The position numbers and the translations under genes were made by a program. A stretch of DNA of 64,000 bases from Acidimicrobiia bacterium (GTDB lineage: Bacteria; Actinomycetota; Acidimicrobiia; Spongiisociales; ZC4RG35). The stretch is taken from the NCBI GenBank assembly GCA_035250485.1, contig DATFFB010000041.1:3047-67046 (forward strand), in the 5' to 3' direction. Each line of letters begins with the position of its first letter. Positions within the stretch are counted from its first letter, which is position 1. A model generated the notes under the pieces. That model was not told where the DNA came from. It made no database searches and saw nothing but the letters and a program-made list of their open reading frames with translations. Positions 26,299-35,114 of this stretch are shown here, piece after piece.

Positions 26299-27464
26299 AG
26301 GCTGGCAAGAATCGATTTGATGGCGGCCGTCGCCCGCCATACATCCTCATAACCGATGTATAGGGGCGAGAATCCAAAGCGGGCGACATCGGGCGGGCGA
26401 AAGTCACCGATCACTCCTTCGTCGGCAAGCGCCGCCATGAGCTTCTCTGCTTGGGGGATCTTTAGGCTCACGTGGCTGCCGCGCCGCTCTGGTTCTCGTG
26501 GCGTCAGCACGTCGCAGCCCACTTCACGATCGAGGAGGTCGATGAACAATGCCGTGAGGGCGACAGATTTCTCCCGCACCTGCTCGACGCTGACCGCTTC
26601 ATACGCTTTGAGCGCCTCGTTCAGAGCGACCATCGAGAGGATGTCCGGCGTTCCGGTTCTCATGCGATCGATTCCGTCGGCGGGGAGGAACTCTGTGGAG
26701 AACTCGAGAGGGAAGCGATGGGAGAACCAGCCATTGATCGGGTTGGCCACTCCCGGAGAGCGTCGCGGCGAGATGTAAATATAGGCCGGAGCCCCCGGGC
26801 CTCCGTTGAGATATTTGTAACCGCACCCGACGGCAGCATCGGCCCCGCAACGAGCAAGCGCGATGGGAATCACTCCCGCCGAGTGGGAAAGGTCCCATAC
26901 CGTCATCGCCCCTACCGCGGCGGCGCGACGGGTGATCTCCTCCATGTCATGAAGCCGTCCACTCCGAAAGTCGACATGGGTGAGTGAAACCACACCGACA
27001 TCGCCATCGATCTTGCTCAGGACGTCATCGGGATCGACCACCCGCAGCCGCCGCTGCTGCCGGCGGGCGACGGTTTCGAGGATGTAAAGGCATGAGGGAA
27101 AGTTGCCTACGTCGGTGAGGATGTCACCTGGGGACAGATCGCACATTGCGGTCACTGCCTTGAAGAGGTTCACCGAGGTCGAATCGGTGCAGACGATCGA
27201 GCCCGGCTCGGCGCCGACGATGGGTTCCAGTCTCGTACCGACGAGGCGAGGGAGGTCCACCCAGCCGCTGTCCCACCACCCGGCGATCAAGTGACTGCGC
27301 CAATCCGAGAGCACCTGCTCGACCGCATGGCGAACACTCTGCGGCGGAGGACCCAGGGAGTTTCCATCGAGATAGATGAGGCCGGGGGGGAGATCAAAGA
27401 AAGCGCGCCGATCGGCGAGAGGATCGGCCTCGTCGGCGGTGCGACATTCTGCGAGGGTGTGCAA
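26295..27464 (-). CDS. kynU: kynureninase
   Basis: 389 aa. YLDGNSLGPPP...WRSHLIAGW...CGYKYLNGGPGAP is typical of kynureninase. Confidence 0.8.
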   Translation of the reverse strand: MHTLAECRTADEADPLADRRAFFDLPPGLIYLDGNSLGPPPQSVRHAVEQVLSDWRSHLIAGWWDSGWVDLPRLVGTRLEPIVGAEPGSIVCTDSTSVNLFKAVTAMCDLSPGDILTDVGNFPSCLYILETVARRQQRRLRVVDPDDVLSKIDGDVGVVSLTHVDFRSGRLHDMEEITRRAAAVGAMTVWDLSHSAGVIPIALARCGADAAVGCGYKYLNGGPGAPAYIYISPRRSPGVANPINGWFSHRFPLEFSTEFLPADGIDRMRTGTPDILSMVALNEALKAYEAVSVEQVREKSVALTALFIDLLDREVGCDVLTPREPERRGSHVSLKIPQAEKLMAALADEGVIGDFRPPDVARFGFSPLYIGYEDVWRATAAIKSILASL

Positions 27465-27484
27465 GTTCTTCGAGGCTAAAGGAG

Positions 27485-28000
27485 TTGGGGACCGATAACG
27501 TCGTCAACATGACGGCCTTGGACGGTGCCATGCTCCTTCTTCGCGTCGTGGTCGGCCTGTCTTTCTTCGCCCATGGCGTCCGACATGCCCGCACACAGGA
27601 AGGCACCGCCCGCTGGTTCGAGCGGGTTGGATTCAAGATGGCTCCGTTGCAAGCGCGCCTGGCTGCCTTCGGGGAGCTGGCGGCCGGCGCGGGTTTGGTG
27701 GTGGGTCTCTTGACCCCGATCGCGGCGGCCGCGGTGGTGGCGACGATGGTGACGGCGGCCGGCTCGGTCCACCGCTTCAACGGCTTCTTCACCTTCAACA
27801 AAGGCGAGGGATGGGAATACGTAAACGTGCTCGGCACGGCGGCGTTGGTGGTGGCGTGGTTGGGGCCGGGGGAGTTCTCCCTCGATCACCTGGTCGGGAT
27901 CGATTGGGCGGGGATAGTCGGCTTCCTGATCGGCATCGGGGGGATCGTCGCCGGCTTGGTTCAGCTCGCCCTCTTCTGGCGCAAACCCGCCACTAGCTAG
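27485..28000 (+). CDS. DoxX family membrane protein
   Basis: 171 aa with four TM segments and a DoxX-like N-terminus (LLLRVVVGLSFFAHG). Confidence 0.7.
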   Translation: MGTDNVVNMTALDGAMLLLRVVVGLSFFAHGVRHARTQEGTARWFERVGFKMAPLQARLAAFGELAAGAGLVVGLLTPIAAAAVVATMVTAAGSVHRFNGFFTFNKGEGWEYVNVLGTAALVVAWLGPGEFSLDHLVGIDWAGIVGFLIGIGGIVAGLVQLALFWRKPATS

Positions 28001-28443
28001 TCGACCCTGAGCCCGGGGGCACCCGGTCCATTGACTGCCTGGCGATCTCCGTAGTTGACCAGCTGGCAGGTGCCCAGTGAAAGACAACCGCAACCGATGC
28101 ATCCGGTCAAGGTGTCCCGCAATACCTCCAGGCGCTGTATCTGGAGGTCGAGACGCCGCCGCCAGCTCTTCGACAATCGCTCCCAGTCGGCGCGGCCCGC
28201 GGTCCGATGCTGGGGCAAGGTCGCCAGAGCCGCTGCGATCTCGTCGAGGGTGAGGCCCACAGACTGGGCGGCGCGGATCGTGGCGATGCGACGCAGGGTG
28301 GAACGGTGATAGCGGCGCTGGTTGCCGTCGGTCCGTTCCGAGTCGATCAGGCCCTTGCTTTCATAGAAGCGAAGGGCCGAAGTCGAAGTCCCGCTGCGGT
28401 TGGCCAGCTCGCCAATGCTGATCGTTTCCGGCAGGGCGCTCAT
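27997..28443 (-). CDS. soxR: redox-sensitive transcriptional activator SoxR (MerR family, 2Fe-2S)
   Basis: MerR HTH plus the diagnostic cluster motif CIGCGCLSLGTC. Confidence 0.9.
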   Translation of the reverse strand: MSALPETISIGELANRSGTSTSALRFYESKGLIDSERTDGNQRRYHRSTLRRIATIRAAQSVGLTLDEIAAALATLPQHRTAGRADWERLSKSWRRRLDLQIQRLEVLRDTLTGCIGCGCLSLGTCQLVNYGDRQAVNGPGAPGLRVD

Positions 28444-28459
28444 TGACGAATTCTAGGGC

Positions 28460-28490
28460 TTGACTTCAAGTTAGCTTGAAGTTGTAGGTT
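28460..28490 (+). promoter_or_regulatory. SoxR-type promoter: TTGACT - 19-bp spacer containing ACTTCAAG-ttag-CTTGAAGT - TAGGTT
   Basis: -35 at 28460-65, perfect 8-bp inverted repeat at 28463-28482, -10-like at 28485-90. The 19-bp spacer is the MerR-family hallmark. The GTG start at 28497 is 7 nt after the -10, implying a leaderless mRNA. Confidence 0.8.
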
Positions 28491-28496
28491 GGGCTC

Positions 28497-29198
28497 GTGA
28501 CCACGCGCCAGGCCCACGTCGCGATCATCACCGGCGCCTCCCGCGGCCTCGGGCTCGCCCTTGCGCGCCAACTCGCCGGCGACGGCTACATGTTGGTTAT
28601 CGACGCCCGCGGGGTCGACGATCTCGAACAAACCCGAGTCGACCTGTCCGGGCTCACCAAGGTCATCGCCGTCCCTGGCGACGTTTCCGATCCCGACCAT
28701 CGCCGCCGTTTGGTAGAGGCCGCCGATGGGCGCCTCAACCTCCTGGTGAATAACGCCTCGATCCTCGGGCCCAGCCCCCAACCGCCACTGGCGGACTACC
28801 CCCTTGACATCCTCGAGCAGGTCTATCGAACCAATGTCATCGCCCCGCTGGGCATGATCCAACTCGCCTTGCCGCTGCTGCGACGGTCACAGGGAACCGT
28901 CATCAACATCACCTCCGACGCGGCTTTGGAGCCATACGAAGGATGGGGCGGCTACGGCTCCTCGAAGGCCGGCCTCGAACAGATGTCACGGATTCTCGCC
29001 GCCGAGGAAAGTCAGGTTCGGGTGTACTGGGTCGATCCCGGCGACATGAACACCCGGATGCACCAGGAAGCGTATCCCGGCGACGACATCTCCGACCGCC
29101 CACCTCCGGAAGCGAGTGTTCCCGGCCTCATGAATCTGATCAACTCCAGCCGACCATCCGGCCGCTACGCCGCGCGCGAGCTGGTGCCCGCGCCATGA
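28497..29198 (+). CDS. SDR family oxidoreductase
   Basis: 233 aa with TGASRGLG cofactor motif and a YGSSK catalytic motif. Confidence 0.85.
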   Translation: MTTRQAHVAIITGASRGLGLALARQLAGDGYMLVIDARGVDDLEQTRVDLSGLTKVIAVPGDVSDPDHRRRLVEAADGRLNLLVNNASILGPSPQPPLADYPLDILEQVYRTNVIAPLGMIQLALPLLRRSQGTVINITSDAALEPYEGWGGYGSSKAGLEQMSRILAAEESQVRVYWVDPGDMNTRMHQEAYPGDDISDRPPPEASVPGLMNLINSSRPSGRYAARELVPAP

Positions 29199-30235
29199 GA
29201 GTCGGCGCGGCGTTCAGCTTCGATCTCCCGCCGGCTCAGGTGGCTTCGGCGCCACCCGAGGTGCGACGGTCGGGCCGCGACGACGTTCGCCTCATGGTCT
29301 TCGCTGCTCATTCGGGTTCGCTGATTCACACCGGTTTTCGGCGGATCGGGGATCACCTGCGGGCGGGGGATGCCCTCGTCATCAATGTTTCGGCGACGAT
29401 GCCATATGCCCTTGACGCCCTCACCCCGAATGAGACCGCGTTGCGGGTGCATCTGTCGGTTCCCCAACCCGATGGACTCTGGAGCGTTGAGGTGCGAACC
29501 CCTCGTGGCGTCGGCAGTGCCCCCGGTCCGTCCCTCGATCCACAGACCCTCCATCTCGAAGGGGGAGGATCGATCCACCTCCTGGCTCGAGATCTTCGCA
29601 CCCCGCGGCTGTGGAGGGCGAGCCTCGAGCTCCCTCTCGACTTCGCCCCTTATCTGCAACGCCACGGCAAGCCTGTCCGCTATGGCGAAGGAGGCGAACC
29701 TTGGCCTCTCCGGGATTATCAAACGGTCTACGCCACAGAGCCGGGGAGCGCCGAGATGCCGAGCGCCGGTCGGCCCTTCACCCACGAGATCCTCGTCGAG
29801 CTTGCCGCGGCGGGTGTCACTCTCGTGCCGGTGCTGCTGCACAGTGGGGTTTCTTCGTTCGAAACCGGTGAGCTTCCCGGTCCCGAGCGGTTTGGGGTTT
29901 CCCCGGCGGCGGCTGCGGTCGTCAATGCCCTTCGCGACCAGGGAGGAAGGGTCATCGCCGTCGGCACAACCGTTCTTCGGGCTCTCGAGAGCGCGGGAAA
30001 TGAGGACGGAAGCCTGCGGGCAGCCGAGGGTTACACCGACCTCGTCGTGAGCAGCGATCGCGGCGTGCGAACGATCGACGGGCTCCTTACCGGGTGGCAC
30101 GAACCGGGAGCGAGCCATCTTTCGATCATCGAAAGCGTCGCCGGAGCTGACGGTGCCCGTCGGATGTATGAGGCCGCACTCGGGACCGGTTACCTCTGGC
30201 ACGAGTTCGGCGACTCCAGCCTCATCTTGCGTTAG
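29195..30235 (+). CDS. S-adenosylmethionine:tRNA ribosyltransferase-isomerase (QueA) family protein, paralog-like context
   Basis: 347 aa from the ATG that overlaps the SDR stop (ATGA). QueA-like blocks DDVRLMVF...LVINVSATMP...AVGTTVLRALES...GWHEPGASHL. Confidence 0.65.
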   Translation: MRVGAAFSFDLPPAQVASAPPEVRRSGRDDVRLMVFAAHSGSLIHTGFRRIGDHLRAGDALVINVSATMPYALDALTPNETALRVHLSVPQPDGLWSVEVRTPRGVGSAPGPSLDPQTLHLEGGGSIHLLARDLRTPRLWRASLELPLDFAPYLQRHGKPVRYGEGGEPWPLRDYQTVYATEPGSAEMPSAGRPFTHEILVELAAAGVTLVPVLLHSGVSSFETGELPGPERFGVSPAAAAVVNALRDQGGRVIAVGTTVLRALESAGNEDGSLRAAEGYTDLVVSSDRGVRTIDGLLTGWHEPGASHLSIIESVAGADGARRMYEAALGTGYLWHEFGDSSLILR

Positions 30236-30239
30236 TCGG

Positions 30240-31049
30240 ATGGCAAGCATCGTTCGGCCCGTGCGGATCGCAGCCCAGCTTCACCCTCAGCACGGCGACT
30301 ATGCCGAGCTAAGAACAACCGTCGGCCGGGTTGAGGAGATGGGTTTCGACCTCCTCTACAGCTGGGACCATTTCTTCCCGCTCTACGGCGAGCGCGATGG
30401 AGCCCACTTCGAATGCTGGTCGATGCTGGCGGCGTGGGCGGAGCAGACCTCGCGGGTGGAGATCGGTGCCCTGGTCACATGCAATTCCTACCGCAATCCC
30501 GATCTGCTCGCTGACATGGCTCGAACGGTCGATCACATCTCCAACGGCCGCCTCGTTTTCGGCATCGGCTCGGGTTGGTTTCGACGGGACTACACCGAGT
30601 ACGGATATGACTTCGGGACCAAGGGCAGTCGGCTCGATAGCCTCGCCATGAGCCTGCCCCGCATCAAGGCGCGATGGAAGAAGCTGAACCCCCCACCGAT
30701 CCGATCCTTACCGGTGCTGGTGGCTGGAGGCGGATTGAAGAAGACGCTCCGGATCGTGGCCGAGCACGCCGACTCCTGGCACGGCGGCTTTCCCGAGGAT
30801 CCCGCAGAAATGGAGCCCAAGATCGCTGCCCTCCGGCGCTGGTGCGAAGAGCTGGGACGCGATCCGAGTGAGATCGAATGGGGCCTGGGAGTCGAACCAA
30901 CCGATCTCGACCGCTTCCTGGCCAAGGATGCCCGGACCTATCTCGAAATGGGTTTCACTCAATTCACCCTCGGGTTCAATGGCCCCGGCTGGGATCTCTC
31001 CCCGGGCCGCGACTGGCTGGCCTGGCGCGACGGCCAGACCCGCGGCTAG
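30240..31049 (+). CDS. LLM-class F420-dependent oxidoreductase
   Basis: 269 aa from the ATG at 30240. Luciferase-like TIM barrel (CNSYRNPDLLADMARTVDHISNGRLVFGIGSGW). Confidence 0.75.
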   Translation: MASIVRPVRIAAQLHPQHGDYAELRTTVGRVEEMGFDLLYSWDHFFPLYGERDGAHFECWSMLAAWAEQTSRVEIGALVTCNSYRNPDLLADMARTVDHISNGRLVFGIGSGWFRRDYTEYGYDFGTKGSRLDSLAMSLPRIKARWKKLNPPPIRSLPVLVAGGGLKKTLRIVAEHADSWHGGFPEDPAEMEPKIAALRRWCEELGRDPSEIEWGLGVEPTDLDRFLAKDARTYLEMGFTQFTLGFNGPGWDLSPGRDWLAWRDGQTRG

Positions 31050-31783
31050 CTCGCCCTCGAGCCCACCTCGTGGGCTCCGGCGCTCCTAGCCAAAGCGCCG
31101 GCGATCAATCCGATGACGAAGCCTCCGATGTGGGCCATATAGGCCACGCCGCCGGTCGTTTCCTCGGAGACGGCAAAGGCACCGATGCCATTGATGAACT
31201 GGAAGACCGCCCACATCCCGATGACCGCGATGGCCGGGAGCAGGGCCTGCCGAAGTCCAATCATGACCCGCACCCGGTTACGAGGGAAAAGCACCAGATA
31301 GGCGCCTAAGACCCCGGAGACGGCGCCGGAGGCGCCCAAGGTCGGGATCGGGGAGTCAGGGTTTATCAAGATCTGGGCGAGAGCGGCAACCAATCCTGCC
31401 AATAGATAGAAGAGGACGTAGAGGCCGCGGCTGATGGCATGTTCGACATTGTCTCCGAACACCCAAAGGAACACCATGTTGCCGATGAGGTGAAGCCACC
31501 CGGCGTGCATGAACATGCTGGTGAGCAGGGTCAGGTAGATGGGGTTGGGGCCGGGCTCCTGCGGCACCTGGACTTCTCCCGCGGAGGTCTCGATGACTTG
31601 CGCCGTGGTGAGGTCTTCGCCGGTGGTGATCTCCAGCGGTACCGCCGCGTAGCCGTAGGTGAAGGTCTCGTTCGCACCGGCGCCCTGGAGGAAGAGGAAA
31701 ACCAGAACGTTTAACGCGATGAAGACGATCGTGACAACGCCGAGCCCCTTGCCCGGAATCTGGTCATCACCGGTCGGAAACAA
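31046..31783 (-). CDS. rhomboid family intramembrane serine protease
   Basis: GASGAVSG (Ser) and HIGGF (His) motifs with 6-7 TM segments. TTG start 6 nt after an AAAGGAGG RBS. The 657-aa track ORF is an artefactual 5' extension through the ATPase gene. Confidence 0.8.
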   Translation of the reverse strand: MFPTGDDQIPGKGLGVVTIVFIALNVLVFLFLQGAGANETFTYGYAAVPLEITTGEDLTTAQVIETSAGEVQVPQEPGPNPIYLTLLTSMFMHAGWLHLIGNMVFLWVFGDNVEHAISRGLYVLFYLLAGLVAALAQILINPDSPIPTLGASGAVSGVLGAYLVLFPRNRVRVMIGLRQALLPAIAVIGMWAVFQFINGIGAFAVSEETTGGVAYMAHIGGFVIGLIAGALARSAGAHEVGSRAS

Positions 31784-31840
31784 AACGCGCCTCCTTTGAT
31801 CACGGGGGTCGTACCCGAAGCCCTCGCCCGCTACACGGTA

Positions 31841-31883
31841 CTGCGCGGATTTTTCGTTCCCCAGGCCGCGTAAATCTGCACAG
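31841..31883. repeat. hairpin repeat copy (ctgcgcggattt / aaatctgcacag arms, 19-nt loop)
   Basis: Read directly. Its arms and loop (ttcgttccccaggcc) resemble the neighbouring copy at 31900-31948. Confidence 0.55.
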
Positions 31884-31899
31884 GTCGACAAGGCGGGCG

Positions 31900-31948
31900 G
31901 TTCTGCGCGGTTTTGTCGTTGCCAGAGCCAAAAAAAACCGCGCAGAAC
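31900..31948. repeat. hairpin repeat copy with perfect 15-bp arms (gttctgcgcggtttt / aaaaccgcgcagaac), abutting the ATPase stop codon
   Basis: Read directly. Loop is gtcgttgccagagccaaaa. Confidence 0.7.
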
Positions 31949-33951
31949 TACGGACGGAGGTCGAGGCTTCGTAGCAACTGGGCGTTGATAGCGACGATGA
32001 CAGTGGAAGCGCTCATCAGCAGTGCCGCCGCGGCCGGAGCCAGCACGATCCCGGCCCAAGCCAGGGCCCCCGCTGCCAGCGGTATCGCCACCACGTTGTA
32101 GCCGGTGGCCCAGACCAGGTTCTGGACCATCTTCCGATATCCGGCCTCCGAGAGACGACGGACACCGGCTACCGCCCGCGGGTCGTCGGTGGCGAGAATG
32201 ATTCCGGCCGACTCGATGGCGACGTCGGTTCCCGCCCCGATGGCGATACCGACGTCGGCTTGGGCCAGGGCCGGAGCATCGTTGACCCCATCGCCCACCA
32301 TCGCCACGATCGAACCCTTCTTCTGCAGCTCGGCCACCCGTCGATGCTTGTCCTCGGGCAAGACCTCGGAAAGCACCTGGTCGATACCCAGATCGGTGCC
32401 GACCGCGTCCGCCACCTGTCGGGCGTCCCCAGTGATCAACGCCACCTCGACGCCTAGTTGGTGGAGCGTTCTCACCGCCTCTACCGACTCCGGACGTATC
32501 TCGTCCTCGAGTGACAACGCCCCCCGCACCTGGTCGTCGACGATCACATAGAGGATTCCCGCCCCGCGCTCGGCCCAGGCACTCGTCATCGCCTCTACCG
32601 CCCTTGGCTGGTCGAGCTGGCGTTCGGCAAGCAGCGCCGGGCCCCCCACCGCCACCACGGATTTTTCGACCTGAGCTTCGACACCGCGGCCGCTCATCGC
32701 CCGGAAGCGGGTTGCCACCGGCACCTCGCCCCGGTTCCTGGCGGCGGCAACAACGGCCCGCGCCAGTGGATGCTCGGAGTCGGCCTCGACGGCGCCTGCC
32801 CATGCCAGCAGCCGATCGGTATCGCCATCGGTGGCAAAGACCTCGCGCACCACATGCTGACCCTTGGTCAAGGTGCCGGTCTTGTCGAAGAGGACCACGT
32901 CGACCTTGCGCATTCGCTCCAGCGCCAGCCGGTCCTTCACGAGGATTCCGTTCCGGGCGGCCAGGCTGGTGGAGATGGCAATCACCAATGGGATCGCCAG
33001 TCCCAGGGCGTGAGGACAAGCGATGACCAGCACGGCGACGGTTCTTACCACTGCCTCATCGGTCTCCCCCGCCGCCAGCCATCCGATCACGGTGAAGACG
33101 GCTGCGCCGATGGCGACATAGAAGAGAAGGGCGGCAGCCCGGTCGGCCAAAACCTGGGCCCGCGAGCGCGACCCTTGCGCCTCGGCCACCAGCCGCTGGA
33201 TGCCCGCCAGAACAGTACCTTCACCAACGGCGTCGATACGCAGTCGTACTGCAGAATCCGTCGCCACGGTTCCGGCGACGACCCGGTCTCCCACTAACTT
33301 CGACACCGGTCGCGATTCACCGGTGACCATGGACTCGTCGACTTCGACTTCGCCGGCGACGATCTCCCCGTCGGCCGGAATCCGCCCTCCGGGCCGGACC
33401 AGGACGAGATCGCCAAGGCCCAGCTCTGAGACTGGAACCGTCTCGGTACCGGCGTCGGTGATCCGCTCGGCCTCGTCAGGGAGTAGCTCGGCCAGCGCAC
33501 CGAGAGCGCCGCGAGCCTGGCCGATGGCGCGCATCTCCATCCAGTGGCCGAGCAGCATGATCGTGATGAGGGCGGCCAATTCCCACCAGAACTCGAGAGC
33601 GAAGAGTCCGAGAGTCGTCGCCGCCGAGGCGACAAAGGCGACGATGATCGCCATCGCGATCAAGAGCATCATCCCCGGCTGGCGAGCTTTGATCTCCCGG
33701 ACCGCTCCGCTGAGAAAGGGCATGCCGCCATAGAAGAAGATGACGGTTCCCAGGATGGGGGCGACCAGGTTGGACCCGGGAAACCGGGGGGCAGCGTAGC
33801 CCAGCCACTCCTGGGGCATCTGGCTCCACAGGATGACCGGGACGGTCAGCCCCAGGCAGACCCAGAACCGGTCCCGAAACATGGCCACGGTGTGACCGGC
33901 GTGCTGGTCAGGTCCCGGGCGAGGGGATTCGTGGTGGTGGCTGTGGTCCAA
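31948..33951 (-). CDS. heavy-metal translocating P1B-type ATPase, CopB-like (CPH motif, His-rich N-terminus)
   Basis: 667 aa. [23 protein letters not shown], and N-terminus MDHSHHHES...HAGH. Confidence 0.9.
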   Translation of the reverse strand: MDHSHHHESPRPGPDQHAGHTVAMFRDRFWVCLGLTVPVILWSQMPQEWLGYAAPRFPGSNLVAPILGTVIFFYGGMPFLSGAVREIKARQPGMMLLIAMAIIVAFVASAATTLGLFALEFWWELAALITIMLLGHWMEMRAIGQARGALGALAELLPDEAERITDAGTETVPVSELGLGDLVLVRPGGRIPADGEIVAGEVEVDESMVTGESRPVSKLVGDRVVAGTVATDSAVRLRIDAVGEGTVLAGIQRLVAEAQGSRSRAQVLADRAAALLFYVAIGAAVFTVIGWLAAGETDEAVVRTVAVLVIACPHALGLAIPLVIAISTSLAARNGILVKDRLALERMRKVDVVLFDKTGTLTKGQHVVREVFATDGDTDRLLAWAGAVEADSEHPLARAVVAAARNRGEVPVATRFRAMSGRGVEAQVEKSVVAVGGPALLAERQLDQPRAVEAMTSAWAERGAGILYVIVDDQVRGALSLEDEIRPESVEAVRTLHQLGVEVALITGDARQVADAVGTDLGIDQVLSEVLPEDKHRRVAELQKKGSIVAMVGDGVNDAPALAQADVGIAIGAGTDVAIESAGIILATDDPRAVAGVRRLSEAGYRKMVQNLVWATGYNVVAIPLAAGALAWAGIVLAPAAAALLMSASTVIVAINAQLLRSLDLRP

Positions 33952-33983
33952 AGAGCTCTGCCTACAGATACCATCGCCGGGCC

Positions 33984-35114
33984 GTGGCTGCCACCGATCC
34001 TGCCTGTCTGATCATCGCCGACATCTCCGGTTACACCACCTACCTGGCCGGAGTCGAACTGGATCACGCTCAGGACATCCTCGCCGACCTGATGACCACC
34101 GTTGTCAAGGGACTACGACCTCTCTTCAAGCTGTCGAAGCTCGAGGGCGACGCCGCCTTCGCCTATGCCATCACCGACGAGGTCGATGGATCGCTACTGC
34201 TCGACACCGCCGAGGCCTGCTACTTCGCCTTCCGCAATCGGCTGCTTTCGATCCGCCAAGCCACCACCTGCTCCTGCAACGCCTGCACGTTGATCCCCTC
34301 CCTCAATCTGAAGCTGGTGGCCCATCACGGTCAGGTTGCGACCCAGAAGATCGCCGGGCGATCCGAACTGGTGGGAAGCGACGTGATCCTGGTTCACCGG
34401 CTCCTCAAGAACTCGATTGCAGAGCCGGCCTACCTGTTCATCACCGATGCTTGTTTGGCCAAGACCACGCTCGATCCAGAACAGCTCGAGTTCCGACGCC
34501 ACTCCGAAGAATTCGAGCACATCGGCGAAGTTGGTGGCTGGGTCGCTGATTTGGAGGCCGCCTGGAAGTCATACCGCGATCGGAAGCGCGTCTACGTCGA
34601 CGAGAGCGAAGCCGCCCTTTCCTTTTCCGGCTTCGTTCCCGCCCCGCCGGAGTTGGTGTGGGAGTTCATCTCCTCGCCAATTCTGCGGCCGAAATGGTCA
34701 GAGGGAATCACCAGTATCGATCAAAAGGACCCGAGCGGTCGACGTCGAGCTGGCACGCTTAACCATTGCATGCATGGTGAAGACGTGATCCTGCAGGAGT
34801 TCTTGGATTGGCGTCCTCCCCACTACTACACGTCACGATCGACGGTGCCGGGAGGGCTGAGCCTTGTCTCTACCCACGAGGTGGAACCAGCCGAGGGGGG
34901 AACGACGGTTCACGACCGTTTCCTGCGGCCCAAAGGCAAGGGGGCGGCAGCCGGCTTCAAGATGTTCACGGAGATGTTCACTGCGCAGTTCCCGATCGAA
35001 ATGAGCCGGCTGACCGAAGTGGTACGGGAATGGATGTCGGATACAGCCTCCGAAGAACCGGAACTGCCGGTGGCCGATGAATCGAAACGCTTGGCTACCT
35101 CAGTCGGGCGCTAA
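33984..35114 (+). CDS. DUF2652 (cyclase-fold-like) + SRPBCC domain protein
   Basis: The N-terminus [13 protein letters not shown]...[10 protein letters not shown] matches my recollection of DUF2652. The C-terminal ~150 aa is START/SRPBCC-like. Confidence 0.6.
   Translation: MAATDPACLIIADISGYTTYLAGVELDHAQDILADLMTTVVKGLRPLFKLSKLEGDAAFAYAITDEVDGSLLLDTAEACYFAFRNRLLSIRQATTCSCNACTLIPSLNLKLVAHHGQVATQKIAGRSELVGSDVILVHRLLKNSIAEPAYLFITDACLAKTTLDPEQLEFRRHSEEFEHIGEVGGWVADLEAAWKSYRDRKRVYVDESEAALSFSGFVPAPPELVWEFISSPILRPKWSEGITSIDQKDPSGRRRAGTLNHCMHGEDVILQEFLDWRPPHYYTSRSTVPGGLSLVSTHEVEPAEGGTTVHDRFLRPKGKGAAAGFKMFTEMFTAQFPIEMSRLTEVVREWMSDTASEEPELPVADESKRLATSVGR

Noticed and set aside
31784-33019. Upstream part of the 657-aa minus-strand ORF (31046..33019) extending the rhomboid gene
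   Set aside because: The extension runs through the P-type ATPase gene in another frame and is Arg/Gly/Pro-rich nonsense. A TTG start with a strong AAAGGAGG RBS at 31783 gives a normal-sized rhomboid.
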